Of a DNA stretch of 64,000 nucleotides, positions 62,860-64,000 are shown piece by piece. Origin of the DNA: Callorhinchus milii (lineage: Eukaryota); the NCBI RefSeq assembly GCF_018977255.1, contig NW_024704742.1, positions 38,194,001 through 38,258,000 on the forward strand. Direction: 5' to 3'. A model generated the notes under the pieces. It was not told the DNA's origin. It worked only from the letters and a program-made list of their open reading frames with translations, and searched no databases. A program made the position numbers and the translations under genes. The first letter of the stretch is position 1; every line of letters starts with the position of its first letter.

Positions 62860-63363
62860 ATTAATGGCAGTCTACAATTCTGGAAGCAGAAATCAAACAG
62901 ATGTAGTGGAGAGATACAGATTGAGATTGGTTCTACTTGTACCTTCATTTTTCTAATTTGTATCATGAATTATAGAAGTGTGCTGTACGTTCTTTCATGG
63001 ATCAGTCTTAAGAAAAATATTTCAGTCTTTTAAAAAAATATTTGGTTATTAAAATGAGTTAATTTATAGAGAGAACACGTTTTGAAATCTGAATTTGACG
63101 ACAACAACAACAACAACTTGCATTTATATAGGGCCCTTCACACGGGGTAGCATCCTGGAGTGCCCACAATACACGTATCAAAGAAGTTCGAAGGGGATAT
63201 TTCACGCAATGCAGGGTAGCCCTGCAATTCTGCGCCTCACTAGAGCTCTGGTATTATTGTGTATTCACCAACCAATTATATCACTTTATGGTGGAAGTCA
63301 GCCTTTTTCCGCACTTTCCTTTTAATGTGGCCTCAGAGACACATGGAAATCCCAGAGATAGAT

Positions 63364-63762
63364 TGTTGGAATGGAATGCACGCTCTCTCTGGAGGGACGC
63401 ATCCTGCTTACCTAATTCCGAAAAGTATTAGATGCAGATCGGCAAGAGCCAAGGCTTGGGGACCCCAGAGTGTGGGTTAGGGTACTGCTGGAGTCTAACC
63501 AGCTAAAACCACATAGCTTGCCATTGATACTGCTGTCTGGCAAGCTTTCTTGCTGCTCGTCCATCTATGACTATCCTACCCATTAGGGCTTTGGCTTGCA
63601 GGGTTAACAGAAGTTGAGTGGGAATGTCCTCTGCTCTCAGTGACTGGTCGGCCTTTCAGGTCCTGCCGATGAGCTAGGCTGGCTGTACTGTCAGCAGCAG
63701 TGCCCTGGAATACTGCAGACCCGGAATCGGCTCAGGAACCGAACTACTGAAACCGCCACAGA
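63364..63762 (+). repeat. Unclassified interspersed repeat (copy of 28692-29078)
   Basis: Collinear similarity to the reverse complement of 28692-29078. Confidence 0.75.
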
Positions 63763-64000
63763 AACTGGCTCGATACCGACATTCCATTGCCAGGCATGTC
63801 ACCCCGGAGTCAGTTTAGACCCCGTTTACCTCCACCTAACCCCCCACTCCACCCAAGGAGGATAGTCACTAGTTAGTCGTTTGTCATCCGATAGGCACCG
63901 AATTGAGCACTGACTAGATTGTACCTCTATTAACCACCCTGGAACAGACCAGGTAGATTTTGCATAATAAACCTCTATTCAGCATCCACTTGTCAAAACG

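Overview
Eukaryotic (vertebrate) genomic DNA. The SINE/LINE content suggests a cartilaginous fish, possibly a chimaera (inference). It holds three conserved genes. (1) The 3' end of septin 11 (+): one coiled-coil exon plus several alternative micro terminal exons (NASFT*, NNPWLCTE*, NFFI*, possibly more). (2) A complete cyclin I gene (CCNI, -): six coding exons, 383 aa, and a GC-rich first exon at ~36.7-37.3 kb. (3) A complete COQ2 gene (+): seven exons, 368 aa, divergent from CCNI. The rest is tRNA-derived SINEs, Deu-domain SINEs, L2-, CR1- and Tx1-like LINE fragments, three multi-kb tandem arrays next to the two CpG-island first exons, and a 25-N gap. No prokaryotic-type system (CRISPR, operon) is present; the very long ORFs in the track are repeat translations. 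Best leads: an ATF4-like uORF/overlapping-uORF layout in the predicted CCNI leader, the septin C-terminal exon set with splicing-factor motifs and a hairpin, the promoter-flanking minisatellites, several local inverted or duplicated segments, and the absence of CCNG2 next to CCNI. Exon boundaries were read by hand from GT/AG sites and recalled homology; repeat boundaries are approximate.
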